Shown: positions 1-9,789 of the stretch, piece after piece | Layout: each line of letters opens with the position of its first letter | How positions within the stretch are numbered: position 1 is the first letter of the stretch | Made by a program: the position numbers and the translations under genes | The notes under the pieces: model-generated | Database searches by the model: none | What the model saw: the letters and a program-made list of their open reading frames with translations, nothing else | Told to the model about the DNA's origin: nothing | Assembly: GCA_965205855.1 (NCBI GenBank) | Contig: OZ242184.1 | Location: forward strand, 1,120,001 to 1,184,000 | Direction: 5' to 3' | From: Thermodesulfobacteriota bacterium | Lineage (GTDB): Bacteria > Desulfobacterota_D > UBA1144 > Nemesobacterales > Mycalebacteriaceae | DNA length: 64,000 nt

Positions 1-714
1 GTCTGTTTGCGATTCGGTTGGTTGTGCTATGCCTATTGTCTTATGGGAAACCATTACCACATTGTGTTTGAGACTCCAAAACCCAACCTTTCCGAGGGCA
101 TGAGGCAATTGAACGGTGTTTACACGCAGTCTTTCAACAGAAAAAACAACAGGTCGGGACATCTTTTCATGGGGAGATTCCATTCCGTGGTTTTCCAGAA
201 AGAAAAGTATTTAAAGCCCCTTGTCAGATATGCGCTTTCAAACCCTGTCAGAAAAGGGTTGATCAAGACCCCAATTCAGTGGAAGTGGAGTAGTTACCGA
301 GCCTCTTCCGGCAGGGAAGATTGCTCTTTTATGGATTCAAGCGCGCTTGCAGGTATTTTCGGTGGCGTTTCGGGTTTTGAAGATTTCATTTCTAGCGAGC
401 TGCAAGACGACGTATGGAAAGACCTAAAGCATCAAATCTATCTGGGCGATAACTCTTTCAGAGAAAATGCCGGCAGGTTTGCCACCGGTGGCCATTCAAA
501 GGAAATCCCCATTATTCAAAGAGCGGGACTGAGGAGCATCGCACGGCTTGTTGACGGAATCGCGAACAGAAACGAGGCTATTTTCAAGGCTTACAAATCT
601 GGCGCTTTCTCAATGAAGGAAATATCGGACCATTTCAAGATTCATTACTCAACCGTAAGCAGAATAGTAAGAGAACATGAAAACTCCTTTGTTAAATTCC
701 GCCAAACCGGATAG
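1..714 (+). mobile_element. REP-associated tyrosine transposase (RAYT/IS200-like Y1 HUH) with C-terminal HTH; probably 5'-truncated by the window edge
   Basis: AYCLMGNHYH (HUH motif), GHLFMGRF, RYALSNPV (catalytic Tyr region), WKWSSY; C-terminal SMKEISDHFKIHYSTVSR HTH. Confidence 0.85.
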
Positions 715-742
715 TTACCGGAGTTACGGCTTTCAGTCTTAG

Positions 743-1405
743 CTATTGCTGGCGTTTGCGCTTGCGCCTCAAAACTTCAATCCTTTCGCATTCATTCAAA
801 ATCAGGACAAAAAGCAGTATGAAAGCAACCATGTTCACTATCAATGTATTCATCATTTCAGGCCCTATGCCGCCCCCGTCCGAACCGAAAACAACCGGGG
901 AGATGTCTCTCTTTACCACTCGCGCCGAGATATAAACCCAGGGTAAGTCCAGAAAAGCAAGGCACGAGAACACCGCCGCGAGCACGGAGCTTTTTTCGGT
1001 TTCGGGCAAGGTTCTTCTGAGAAGAATATAAGCGGAATAAAGCATAAGCAGCACAAAAGTGGCTTGCAGTTGAGCGTCCCACCAGACCCACCAAGTTCCC
1101 CACGACTGTTTTGCCCAAATTGCTCCCGTAAGGATTGTTATAAGCGTAAAAACAACCCCCACCTCGGCGGATGAGGCCGCGCGAATATCCCACTTTGGAT
1201 TTCTTCCGCGCAAAAATACGATACTGGATACAAACACCGTGACAAAAGCCACGGTCAGGGCGGCAACGGACCCCATATGAAAATAGAAAATCCTCTGAGC
1301 GTGCCCCATTCTTATCTCGGTCGGGGCGTAGAAGATTGACATCCAGAATGCCGCCACGACAAAGACCGCAGTCAGCACAAAAACGGTTTTTCTTAAAGCG
1401 CTCAA
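743..1405 (-). CDS. ccmC: Cytochrome c biogenesis heme exporter CcmC
   Basis: RIFYFH and the WWD motif TGAIWAKQSWGTWWVWWD; downstream of ccmAB. Confidence 0.9.
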   Translation of the reverse strand: MSALRKTVFVLTAVFVVAAFWMSIFYAPTEIRMGHAQRIFYFHMGSVAALTVAFVTVFVSSIVFLRGRNPKWDIRAASSAEVGVVFTLITILTGAIWAKQSWGTWWVWWDAQLQATFVLLMLYSAYILLRRTLPETEKSSVLAAVFSCLAFLDLPWVYISARVVKRDISPVVFGSDGGGIGPEMMNTLIVNMVAFILLFVLILNECERIEVLRRKRKRQQ

Positions 1406-1414
1406 TCTTTCCTC

Positions 1415-2089
1415 CTAAATCTCGTCAATGATATATCCGTAAATAAGCGTTCCGGCCGATATAAAAGCCAAATCAAAACTGATGAGAAGTTTCAAGTGCC
1501 GGGCAAAGTCCTGTTCAACACCCTCCACTCCCAGAGCAACCGAAGATGCCTGAGACGCGCTTATGAGAACCGGAATCAGAAGCGGAAACAACAGAACGGG
1601 GAAAATGACTCCCTTCATATCCGTCTGCGCCGACAGAGCGGAAAGGATCGTTCCCACCGCAGCGACTCCGACAGTTCCCGCAAACACAACCGCGAAAAAA
1701 GGAACGGCCGCAGAGAATATGTCAATTCGGAAAAAAAGCGAAAAAACCGGAATAAAAACTGCCTCAACCGCGAAAAGCAACAGCAGGTTGGCAAGCATCT
1801 TTCCTATAAAAACCTCACCTCTGCCAACTGGCGACATAAGAATTGAGCGCAGGGCCCGGGATTTTCTCTCAACTTCAAATGAGCGCTCAAATGCCACAGT
1901 GGACGCAAACAGGACGGAAATCCAAAACACTGAGGGCGCCGCAGAAACAGCGGCGGCGGAAGGAAAGACACCGGCAAAATGGAAAACGGACGCGCAGACA
2001 ACCGCAAAAGCCGAAACAGCCGGGAAAATTCCTCCGCCCGCCGTCTCAATGGAAATATCCTTGCGCAGAATTGTCAGAATGTGCCTCAT
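1415..2089 (-). CDS. ccmB: Heme exporter permease CcmB
   Basis: Multi-TM protein with FPVLLFPLLIPVLI motif, between ccmA and ccmC. Confidence 0.9.
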   Translation of the reverse strand: MRHILTILRKDISIETAGGGIFPAVSAFAVVCASVFHFAGVFPSAAAVSAAPSVFWISVLFASTVAFERSFEVERKSRALRSILMSPVGRGEVFIGKMLANLLLLFAVEAVFIPVFSLFFRIDIFSAAVPFFAVVFAGTVGVAAVGTILSALSAQTDMKGVIFPVLLFPLLIPVLISASQASSVALGVEGVEQDFARHLKLLISFDLAFISAGTLIYGYIIDEI

Positions 2090-2139
2090 AAAAAACCCTG
2101 ATTACAACTCCAGTATACGGGGCGAAAAGTCCGCTTCCG

Positions 2140-2841
2140 TCATAGTTTCCTCGGAAGCCTGGATTCAATGGGGTCTGGGCTTGCTCCATTTGCGCTTTTA
2201 TAAGAATGTATGCGCCCGTCCGCAAGGAAAACGGTAAAGTCCGATAACGCAACGCCCTCCGCAACAAGGTGCGTGCTAAGTAAAGTCGTTGTTCCCAGTC
2301 GGCTTAAACGCTCAAGGAGTTCCGAAAGAATTGTCGTTCCTTTACGGTCAAGGCCCGAGAAAGGCTCGTCCAGAAGAAGAACTTCGGGATTGTGCAGTAC
2401 GGCGCGCGCTATGGAAACCCGTTTTTTCATTCCGGCGGAAAGAAATCCCGAAGGAGAAAAAGCGGAGGGAATTTCAAAGTTTTCAATCAACTCTCTGGCT
2501 CTGCCACGAGGGTCGGCAACGCTCTGGAGTTCACAGAAAAAACGCAGGTTGTCAAAAGCGCTCAACCCTTCATAAAGACAGTCTTCGTGAGAAACAAAGC
2601 CAATCTTGCCTCTCACTTTTTCGGGTAGCAATACCGGGTCAAACCCCGCGACGGCCACTCTGCCAGAGCTAGGCTTTGCAAGAGCGGAAGCGATTTTCAA
2701 CAATGAGGTTTTCCCCGAACCATTTTCACCGAAAAGAGAAACGGTTTTACCCTTCTCCACTTGAAGGTTCAGATCGCGGAGAACCCTGCGCCCGCCATGG
2801 CTCTTGGCAACCTTTTCCATCTCTATCGCGTATCTTGACAT
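2140..2841 (-). CDS. ccmA: Heme ABC exporter ATPase CcmA
   Basis: Walker A GENGSGKT, signature LSAGMKKR, Walker B LLLDEPF; start placed at ATG 2841 (MSRYAIE). Confidence 0.88.
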   Translation of the reverse strand: MSRYAIEMEKVAKSHGGRRVLRDLNLQVEKGKTVSLFGENGSGKTSLLKIASALAKPSSGRVAVAGFDPVLLPEKVRGKIGFVSHEDCLYEGLSAFDNLRFFCELQSVADPRGRARELIENFEIPSAFSPSGFLSAGMKKRVSIARAVLHNPEVLLLDEPFSGLDRKGTTILSELLERLSRLGTTTLLSTHLVAEGVALSDFTVFLADGRIHSYKSANGASPDPIESRLPRKL

Positions 2842-2961
2842 ATGATATCCCGGACTGTTCCAGAATATATGAGACGGCAGATACGGGCAAGAAAGGCGCA
2901 AAGAATCAGGCAATTTGTTCATGGTGAAACAGCCTCTTTGCAAATAGGAGGCGGGAAACCG

Positions 2962-2990
2962 TTGACAATTTCCCTTCAAACTTCTACCTT
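2962..2990 (+). promoter_or_regulatory. sigma70-type promoter for the epimerase gene
   Basis: TTGACA (2962-2967), 17 nt, TACCTT (2985-2990); GGAGG SD just before ATG 3011. Confidence 0.65.
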
Positions 2991-3010
2991 CTAATCGGAG
3001 GTCTGTACTC

Positions 3011-4006
3011 ATGGCGGTTTTAATAACAGGGGCAACAGGATTTATCGGATCCAATATAGCGCGTAAACTCAGGGAAAAGGAAAGAGAAGTTCGCGTCCTT
3101 GTGCGTCCGACAAGCAAAACGGAAAACATTGACAGGCTTGGCGTTATAAAAATTAACGGTGACATAACCAACTTTGATTCGGTGCTCGGCGCGCTTGACG
3201 AATGCGACACTCTTTATCACTGTGCGGGGTTTGTTTCGTTCAGAAAAAAAGATTACGAAAAAATGTACGAAATAAATGTCGAGGGGGCGAAGAATGTTCT
3301 CTCTGCCGCCCTTGAGGCGGGAGTCGGCAAGGTTGTCTTCACAAGCAGTGTGGCGGCTCTCGGCCCCGCGCCCGAAGGAGAGTTGATAAACGAAGAAACG
3401 GTTCCGGATCCCGATTTCCGCACAGCAGACATAGGGTATATGAACGTAAAGCGCGCCGCGGAAGCCGCCGCGTTTGATTTCTGCGACAAGGGGCTCAATG
3501 TTGTGATAACCAACCCGTCCGTTGTTGTCGGCGCGGGGGATGTTCATCTTTCCAGTGTCGGGTCGGTTCTGTGGTACTGCAAGAGGAGATTTCCAGGATA
3601 CATGGACGGAACCCTTAATCTCACCGATGTTGAGGATGTTGCGTTGGGACACATCCTCGCCGAGGAAAAAGGCAAAACGGGAGAACGTTACATCCTGAGT
3701 AATAAAAACCTGACGGTGATGGAATATTTCTCGTTGCTTGAAAAAATAACGGGAATTGTCGCGCCGAAGCTTAAAATCCCTTATCAAGTGGCATATCTGT
3801 CCGCATTTTTAGCGGAGCGGGTTCTTGGCTTCGCGTTTCCAAACTATTCAACAATGGACTTGGATTCGGTAAAACTTTCACGTTACAACTGGCATGTTGA
3901 CTGCTCCAAAGCGGAGCGCGAACTCGGATACAAAAGAAGTCCCATAGAGGAAAGTTTAAAAAAAACCGTTGAGTGGTTCAAATCCGAAGGGTTGCTCGAA
4001 CGATAG
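3011..4006 (+). CDS. NAD-dependent epimerase/dehydratase (extended SDR, HpnA/dihydroflavonol reductase-like)
   Basis: GATGFIG Rossmann motif, TSSVAA, YxxxK (YMNVK), GERYIL. Confidence 0.85.
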   Translation: MAVLITGATGFIGSNIARKLREKEREVRVLVRPTSKTENIDRLGVIKINGDITNFDSVLGALDECDTLYHCAGFVSFRKKDYEKMYEINVEGAKNVLSAALEAGVGKVVFTSSVAALGPAPEGELINEETVPDPDFRTADIGYMNVKRAAEAAAFDFCDKGLNVVITNPSVVVGAGDVHLSSVGSVLWYCKRRFPGYMDGTLNLTDVEDVALGHILAEEKGKTGERYILSNKNLTVMEYFSLLEKITGIVAPKLKIPYQVAYLSAFLAERVLGFAFPNYSTMDLDSVKLSRYNWHVDCSKAERELGYKRSPIEESLKKTVEWFKSEGLLER

Positions 4007-4076
4007 GGTTCGGAAAGGGGAAAGTCTCGAACCGCAGAACGGACTTGCAAGTTTCAAATTAAGGTATCATATCCAA

Positions 4077-5147
4077 ATGCCCGGAAACACATTCGGAAGA
4101 TTTTTCAGAATAACAACATGGGGAGAATCCCATGGCGAGGCGGTCGGTGTCGTACTGGACGGGTGTCCGGCGGGGCTTAAACTTACCGAAACAGATATCC
4201 AAACCGAACTTGACCGCCGCCGTCCGGGGCAGAGCAAGGTTACAACACAGCGAAAAGAGGCAGACAAGGTTGAAATACTGTCGGGAGTTTTCAAAAACAA
4301 AACCCTCGGCTCTCCTATATCAATGCTTGTTCGCAATACCGATGTTATTTCCTCATCTTACGAAAAAATAAAAGACATATACCGTCCCGGACATGCGGAT
4401 CTTACCTACGATAAAAAATACGGGTTCAGGGATTATAGGGGCGGAGGCAGGGCTTCCGCGCGCGAAACGGTTGGTCGTGTCGCGGCCGGAGCGGTCGCGA
4501 AGAAAATACTTAAAAAATACGGAGCGCAAACGCGCGGATTTGTCAGAAGTGTCGGACACATAGTCGCGGAGAAAGTGAACTTCAGCCAGATAGAGAAAAA
4601 CCCCGTGCGGTGCCCCGATTCCAAAAAAGCTCAAGAGATGTTTGACCTTATAGATTCGGTCAGAAGGCAGGGAGATTCCATCGGCGGAACGGTTGAAGTC
4701 GTAACAAAAGGATTGCCTGCCGGCCTCGGAGACCCGGTATTCCACAAACTTGATGCCGACCTCGCATCCGCTCTTATGAGCATCGGGGGAATAAGGGGTT
4801 TTGAGGTTGGCATGGGCTTCGAGGTAACAAGAAAAAAAGGCTCACAAGCCAACGATTTAATGGTAAACCGCGGCGACAACTCTACAGGCTTCAAAACAAA
4901 CAACGCGGGCGGTATACTCGGCGGCATCACAAACGGAGAAGACCTTGTTGTGAGAATAGCCGTAAAACCGACATCCTCAATATCCAAAACTCAGAAAACC
5001 GTTGACAAAAAAGGCTCCATGCGAGATTTGATTGTCAGAGGCAGGCACGACCCCTGTCTCTGCCCGAGAGCGGTTCCAATCGCCGAAGCGATGGTCAATC
5101 TGGTGCTGGCCGACCATATTCTCATACATAAGGGGTCAAGAATCTGA
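4077..5147 (+). CDS. aroC: Chorismate synthase
   Basis: [35 protein letters not shown]; start at ATG 4077. Confidence 0.97.
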   Translation: MPGNTFGRFFRITTWGESHGEAVGVVLDGCPAGLKLTETDIQTELDRRRPGQSKVTTQRKEADKVEILSGVFKNKTLGSPISMLVRNTDVISSSYEKIKDIYRPGHADLTYDKKYGFRDYRGGGRASARETVGRVAAGAVAKKILKKYGAQTRGFVRSVGHIVAEKVNFSQIEKNPVRCPDSKKAQEMFDLIDSVRRQGDSIGGTVEVVTKGLPAGLGDPVFHKLDADLASALMSIGGIRGFEVGMGFEVTRKKGSQANDLMVNRGDNSTGFKTNNAGGILGGITNGEDLVVRIAVKPTSSISKTQKTVDKKGSMRDLIVRGRHDPCLCPRAVPIAEAMVNLVLADHILIHKGSRI

Positions 5148-5494
5148 TGGCGCGGAATTTCGGAGTTTACGCCGCGGGAAAGCGCGTCTACAGCGGCGAT
5201 TTTAGCGAAGTCCCCGAACCGTACAGAAAAGAGCTGATTGAAGCAATCGACCAATGGGGAAGCATAATGGTGGGCTGGGGTCTTAACGAACTGATTTACT
5301 CTTTCATGTGTTGGCATAATGAGACGGTTTTTAACTGCGCGGAGTGCGGTTTTTCCTCCGGCGTCTCAAAACGGTGCGAAGATTGCTGCAAACTGCTTGA
5401 ACCAAAACCGAAATACGAAAGAAGTGAAAAAATTTCGCGGCTTCTTATGTGTGTGGGGTCCATAAACAGAGTGGTAGTTGAGGAGAGGGCATGA
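5147..5494 (+). CDS. Hypothetical protein with putative C4 zinc ribbon
   Basis: Start overlaps the aroC stop; CAEC-x9-CEDC motif. Confidence 0.65.
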   Translation: MARNFGVYAAGKRVYSGDFSEVPEPYRKELIEAIDQWGSIMVGWGLNELIYSFMCWHNETVFNCAECGFSSGVSKRCEDCCKLLEPKPKYERSEKISRLLMCVGSINRVVVEERA

Positions 5495-5793
5495 AAATAG
5501 AAGTCAGAGGCCAGGTTTTTCCATGCGCGCGAGATTCCACTGTCAGGGTAAAAAAAATTTGCGAGAAGCGCAGAAAATTCAACTTGGGTTCCCAAACCCT
5601 GTCCTTTTCAGTTTATGAAGTCGAGATGCCCGAAGGTTGTGAAATATCTGGCAACTACATAACAACCCCTTCGGGAGTTCGCCTTTATCACAACAGAGGC
5701 GGGGAGTACGAACAGGGCTATCTTATATCCGAAGCCGACGAGGGCGTCCTTGCTGTCGGACATTTCGGAAAAAACACTACAACTCGCTCATAA
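5491..5793 (+). CDS. Hypothetical protein
   Basis: ATGA overlap with the upstream ORF and GAGGAG SD; fills the gap to the convergent gene. Confidence 0.6.
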   Translation: MKIEVRGQVFPCARDSTVRVKKICEKRRKFNLGSQTLSFSVYEVEMPEGCEISGNYITTPSGVRLYHNRGGEYEQGYLISEADEGVLAVGHFGKNTTTRS

Positions 5794-6916
5794 TCTCTCC
5801 AGCTTTTGCCGTTCCGGCGCCGAAGTCAAATTTGTGTCCGAGTTTTTTCAATGTCTGCTCAACCGCTGAAATTACGGCGATTGTGTCAGACCGGTCTATG
5901 TATCCAATATGGGAAATACGGAAGATTTTTCCTTTTGCTTGATCCTGACCGCCTGCAACTGTTATGCCGAAATCGTCTTTCAGATTTTTAATCACAGGTC
6001 CCGCGCCTATCTCCGGCGGTGCAATGGCAACCGAAAGCGCCGTGCTGGGCTCATCCTTTGTGAACAATTCCATGTTCATCGCTTCAAACGCTTTTCTTGT
6101 GGCGAGAGAAAGAGTTGCGTGTCTTTTGTGCATATTTTCCAAACCTTCCGCGGTGAACATTTTCAGCACTTGTGACAAACCCCTTACGAGGCTTACGGCC
6201 GGAGTCCAGGGGGTTGTGTTTTGAAGAGTGCTTTTCAGAGCCAGTTGAAAATCAAAATAAAATTTTGGAAGATCCGAAGATTCGCGGAATTTCCACGCTT
6301 TTTCACTCATTGCCACAAATGACAGCCCCGGCGGTAACATAAAAGCTTTCTGCGAACCGGCCACAAGCACATCCACGCCAAGTTCGTCAAAAGGAAGTGG
6401 GAACGCTCCAACCGCCGTTATACCGTCCACAATCAGAATCACATCGTCTCTCTCACGCGTAATTGCCGCGATTTCCCGGGTGGGATGTTTGATGCCCGTT
6501 GAGGTTTCGCTCGCCTGCATTAAAACAGCGCGTATGCCTGGGTCTTTTTCCAGCTTCTCGCGTATCAAGCCCGGGTCGACCGCCTGTCCCCATTCCACTC
6601 CTATCTCCTCTGTTTCAACGGAGAAAGCGCGACAGATTTTCCCCCATCTTTCGCCAAACTTTCCCCCGTTAACCACAATCGCCTTGCTGCCACGGCAAAG
6701 AGTGTTTGATACCGCACCCTCCATTGCTCCGGTTCCGGAAGACGCAAGAGTCAGAACCTCCTGAGAGGTTTGAAATATGTATTTCAAATCGTCCCGATTC
6801 TTTTCCATTATCGCCTCAAACTCGGCGGTTCTGTGGTGTATTATGGGCCTTGCCATCTCAATCAGTGCATTATTCGGCACGGGCACCGGACCGGGGGTGA
6901 AAACGTAGTTTTTCAA
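5777..6916 (-). CDS. Class V PLP aminotransferase (serine-pyruvate/alanine-glyoxylate type)
   Basis: TPGPVP, SGTGAME, ETSTG, GSQKAFMLPPGL (PLP lysine), FRISHIG. Confidence 0.93.
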   Translation of the reverse strand: MKNYVFTPGPVPVPNNALIEMARPIIHHRTAEFEAIMEKNRDDLKYIFQTSQEVLTLASSGTGAMEGAVSNTLCRGSKAIVVNGGKFGERWGKICRAFSVETEEIGVEWGQAVDPGLIREKLEKDPGIRAVLMQASETSTGIKHPTREIAAITRERDDVILIVDGITAVGAFPLPFDELGVDVLVAGSQKAFMLPPGLSFVAMSEKAWKFRESSDLPKFYFDFQLALKSTLQNTTPWTPAVSLVRGLSQVLKMFTAEGLENMHKRHATLSLATRKAFEAMNMELFTKDEPSTALSVAIAPPEIGAGPVIKNLKDDFGITVAGGQDQAKGKIFRISHIGYIDRSDTIAVISAVEQTLKKLGHKFDFGAGTAKAGEIMSEL

Positions 6917-7105
6917 TATTTTCTCCTTATTATTGGGATGTTTTCGGGCAACACACGCACCTTACACAAACAGGCGGGATTTTCAAATCCGCCCCGGACG
7001 CGGCAAAAATACCCCTTTGTTTGCTCTTTGCGGTTGAATCCGCCATTCTCTTACCAACGAATGGCGCGCGGCAGCCTTTCGCATAGATAAGAAAACAGGC
7101 AATGA

Positions 7106-7993
7106 ATGGCTGAAGGAGAAAAATACAGATTTGGCTTCGTACCCGTGGTCGGCGGGACAAATGTGGGCAAGTCCACGCTTGTTAACACCCTTGTCGGTGA
7201 AAAAATCTGCGCTACATCGCCAAAACCCAACACAACACGCAATCGCATAAACGGAATTTTTACCGATTCTGAAGCGCAGATAGTTTTTACCGACACTCCG
7301 GGGATAGTCCGCCCCGTGGGGGAACTGCGAAAAAGAATGGCCGCCGCCTCTCTCGGATGTCTGGAAGGGAGAACAATACTTGCGGTTACAGACGCTTCCA
7401 AACCTTTTGGCAGGGGCGAAGTCAAGGCGATTGAGCAGTCTTCACAACCGGTGATAGTCGCGCTTAACAAAATTGACATTTCAAGTGAAAAGGCGGTGCT
7501 TGAAGCAATTCAGGCTTCAACAAAATTCGGCGGCAAAATATCGGACATTGTCCCCGTTTCCGCGCTTAGGAAAAAAGGCACGGGCCGTTTGCTTCAAGTG
7601 CTCAAAAACGCCCTGCCCGAAGGCGAAAAAATGTTTCCCGAAGGAAACTCCACCGATCAGCCGGAAAAATTTCTCGCCGCCGAATTTGTCAGGGAAAAAA
7701 TATTCCGGCTGACTCACGGGGAAATCCCTTATATGGCTGCGGTTGTTGTCCGTGAGATGCGACCGGGCAAAGGTAAAACCATTTATATCATGGCGGACGT
7801 GCTGCTTGAAAAAGAGACGCACAGAAAGATAGTTATAGGAAGCCGCGGCGGGATGATAAAAAAAATAGGCTCATACGCGCGCAAAGATTTGGAAATTTTT
7901 CTGACAACAAAAGTTTTTCTGGACTTGAATGTGCTTGTCAAACCGGGATGGAGCAAAGACAACCCCTTCCCGGACGGCATATACGGGGTATAG
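7106..7993 (+). CDS. era: GTPase Era
   Basis: NVGKSTL, TTR, DTPG, NKID; KH domain EIPY...VIGSRGGMIKKIG. Confidence 0.95.
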   Translation: MAEGEKYRFGFVPVVGGTNVGKSTLVNTLVGEKICATSPKPNTTRNRINGIFTDSEAQIVFTDTPGIVRPVGELRKRMAAASLGCLEGRTILAVTDASKPFGRGEVKAIEQSSQPVIVALNKIDISSEKAVLEAIQASTKFGGKISDIVPVSALRKKGTGRLLQVLKNALPEGEKMFPEGNSTDQPEKFLAAEFVREKIFRLTHGEIPYMAAVVVREMRPGKGKTIYIMADVLLEKETHRKIVIGSRGGMIKKIGSYARKDLEIFLTTKVFLDLNVLVKPGWSKDNPFPDGIYGV

Positions 7994-8057
7994 GCTTATC
8001 ATGGTCTTATTATATTTTGGTTGGCAGGAGATTAACTGACCCGTGAATCTAGTAAGA

Positions 8058-8330
8058 ATGGGTAATCAAACAAATAACATAACTGCATTAATCAAGAGTT
8101 TTTTTCAAGTTGTAGAAGTAAATATTAGATACAGCTGCAACTAAATTAGCATTTGCTCTTTTGCTTCCCTTTGGATTGTGACTTATCAGCAAATTGGAAA
8201 GTTTAGTGGATGGTTGGAAAGCAAGGCCAAAAGCAAGGAAAGTAGCAAGTACAAATCAGTTCGTTTGTTAGAACCAAAATTAGAACCTCCCAAAAAGTCA
8301 AAACAAAGGCTAAAACCAGAAAAAAAATAG
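8058..8330 (+). pseudogene. AT-rich degenerate ORF of about 90 codons with one internal stop
   Basis: Frame from ATG 8058 to TAG 8330 is broken only by TAA 8142-8144; lies in an AT-rich stretch between convergent genes. Confidence 0.35.
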
Positions 8331-8443
8331 ATGAAGTAATTTGCCTGTTAAAAATTCTCAATAAGTTAGAGGATAAAACAAGAAATATAGATACGGATAG
8401 AAAATTTGAGAATTCAGCTCAGATACGTAATTCTCTCATAAAT

Positions 8444-9244
8444 TCAACGCCCTTTAAAAACGGGCTTTCTTTTTTGAGAAACGGATTTCATCCCCTCTTT
8501 GAAATCGGAGCTTGACTGCGCCCGTTGAATAATATCCCTTACGCTGTCTTCGTCTTCAGGCGCTATTTTGCGGGACTTCTTCAATATGTTTACGCTCCTT
8601 TTGGCGGCCTCAACTGAAAGTGGAGCGTTTCGGGCTATACTATCGGCTATTTTGTAAGTCGTATCCCTCAAAGACTGTCGCGGCACCACTTCGCTTACAA
8701 GACCCATCTCCAGGGATTTTTGCGCCGTAAAAATCTCCGAGGTGAAAAACATACGTTTTGCATTTGAGAAACCCACAGCCCCGACAATCCTTTGAAGCCC
8801 GGAGAACGGGTACGCGATTCCAAGTTTCCCCGGAGGCACGGACATCTTTGAATCATCCGAGCATATGATAAAGTCGCAAGCTACGGCAAGCTCAAGGCCT
8901 CCGCCCATCGCGTAGCCGCAAACCATCGCAATAACAGGACGGGGAAATCTCTCTATCGCATCGCACGCTGTGGCAAGAGGATGGGTTCGCCCGCCGTAGT
9001 CACGCAACATATCGTCGGATTCCAGAAAAGAAAAATCGTATCCCGATGAAAACGCTTTGCCTCCGCGACCCGAAAGCACCACACACCTGACAGACCCGTC
9101 TTTTCCGAATTCTTCAAGCGATGCGACAATCGAGCCAAGCACACCGGGAGAAAGAGAGTTCATTTTCTCCAGCCTGTTGATTTCAAGAGATGCGACCGCT
9201 CCTGACACTTCAACAATTAGCTCAGGGGTAGAAAAAAAATTCAA
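8444..9244 (-). CDS. Enoyl-CoA hydratase/isomerase (crotonase family)
   Basis: AFSSGYD, PVIAMVCGYAMGGGLELAVACD, RKPVFKGR. Confidence 0.92.
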   Translation of the reverse strand: MNFFSTPELIVEVSGAVASLEINRLEKMNSLSPGVLGSIVASLEEFGKDGSVRCVVLSGRGGKAFSSGYDFSFLESDDMLRDYGGRTHPLATACDAIERFPRPVIAMVCGYAMGGGLELAVACDFIICSDDSKMSVPPGKLGIAYPFSGLQRIVGAVGFSNAKRMFFTSEIFTAQKSLEMGLVSEVVPRQSLRDTTYKIADSIARNAPLSVEAAKRSVNILKKSRKIAPEDEDSVRDIIQRAQSSSDFKEGMKSVSQKRKPVFKGR

Positions 9245-9296
9245 AACAAGTACCTTTTAAAAGCCTCAAATATGTGTAGCATTTGATGGTTACATT

Positions 9297-9785
9297 ATGC
9301 CCCTTTATGAGTATGAATGCGAAGAGTGCGTGGACAGGTTCAACAGAGATATATCAAAACTTGTCAAGCAACTCAACAAGAAAACCGCCTCCGGAATTTC
9401 ACGGGAAAACCCCGGGTTTCTCTACATAGAGGTTACAAGAGAAAAAACGGGCGAGAAGGTGTTCTTACTTGGCAAAAAAAGCACTTCGCGATATGTCCGA
9501 AGGTTCAAATACCCTCTTGATCAAGGTAAAATTCTCTATCTTGAACTCAAAGACTTCAAGTTCAGCGAGCTGATGAGTCCGGGCGAAGCCTCTCCGGACT
9601 GTCCGTCATGCGGTGGCAAGGTAAGAAGAATTTTTTCAACATTCAAGGCTATATTTGACAAAAGAGACAGGGAGCCGCGCCCCGGAGATGACATTGGCTG
9701 GCATAAAGACTATAAAATTCAAAAGGATGAAGAACAGCAAAACTGGGTTGGACAGGAGAGCCTAAACCAGCGTTTCAAGGGGTAA
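9297..9785 (+). CDS. FmdB-type zinc-ribbon protein with large inserted domain (paralog 1)
   Basis: MPLYEYECEEC ... FSEL...CPSCGGKVRRIFS; 90 aa between Cys11 and Cys102. Confidence 0.8.
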   Translation: MPLYEYECEECVDRFNRDISKLVKQLNKKTASGISRENPGFLYIEVTREKTGEKVFLLGKKSTSRYVRRFKYPLDQGKILYLELKDFKFSELMSPGEASPDCPSCGGKVRRIFSTFKAIFDKRDREPRPGDDIGWHKDYKIQKDEEQQNWVGQESLNQRFKG

Positions 9786-9789
9786 AAAA

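Noticed and set aside
2842-3210. Long N-terminal extensions in the ORF track for ccmA, and likewise for aroC, recG, frr, the permease and panD
   Set aside because: The extensions overlap neighbouring genes, promoters or a tRNA, and family motifs begin at the downstream starts used.
6917-7105. Hairpins GGCGGGATTT/AAATCCGCC and CGCCATTC/GAATGGCG between the aminotransferase and era
   Set aside because: No recognisable riboswitch or ncRNA motif; the region is adequately explained by two divergent promoters, and the hairpins do not recur as REPs.
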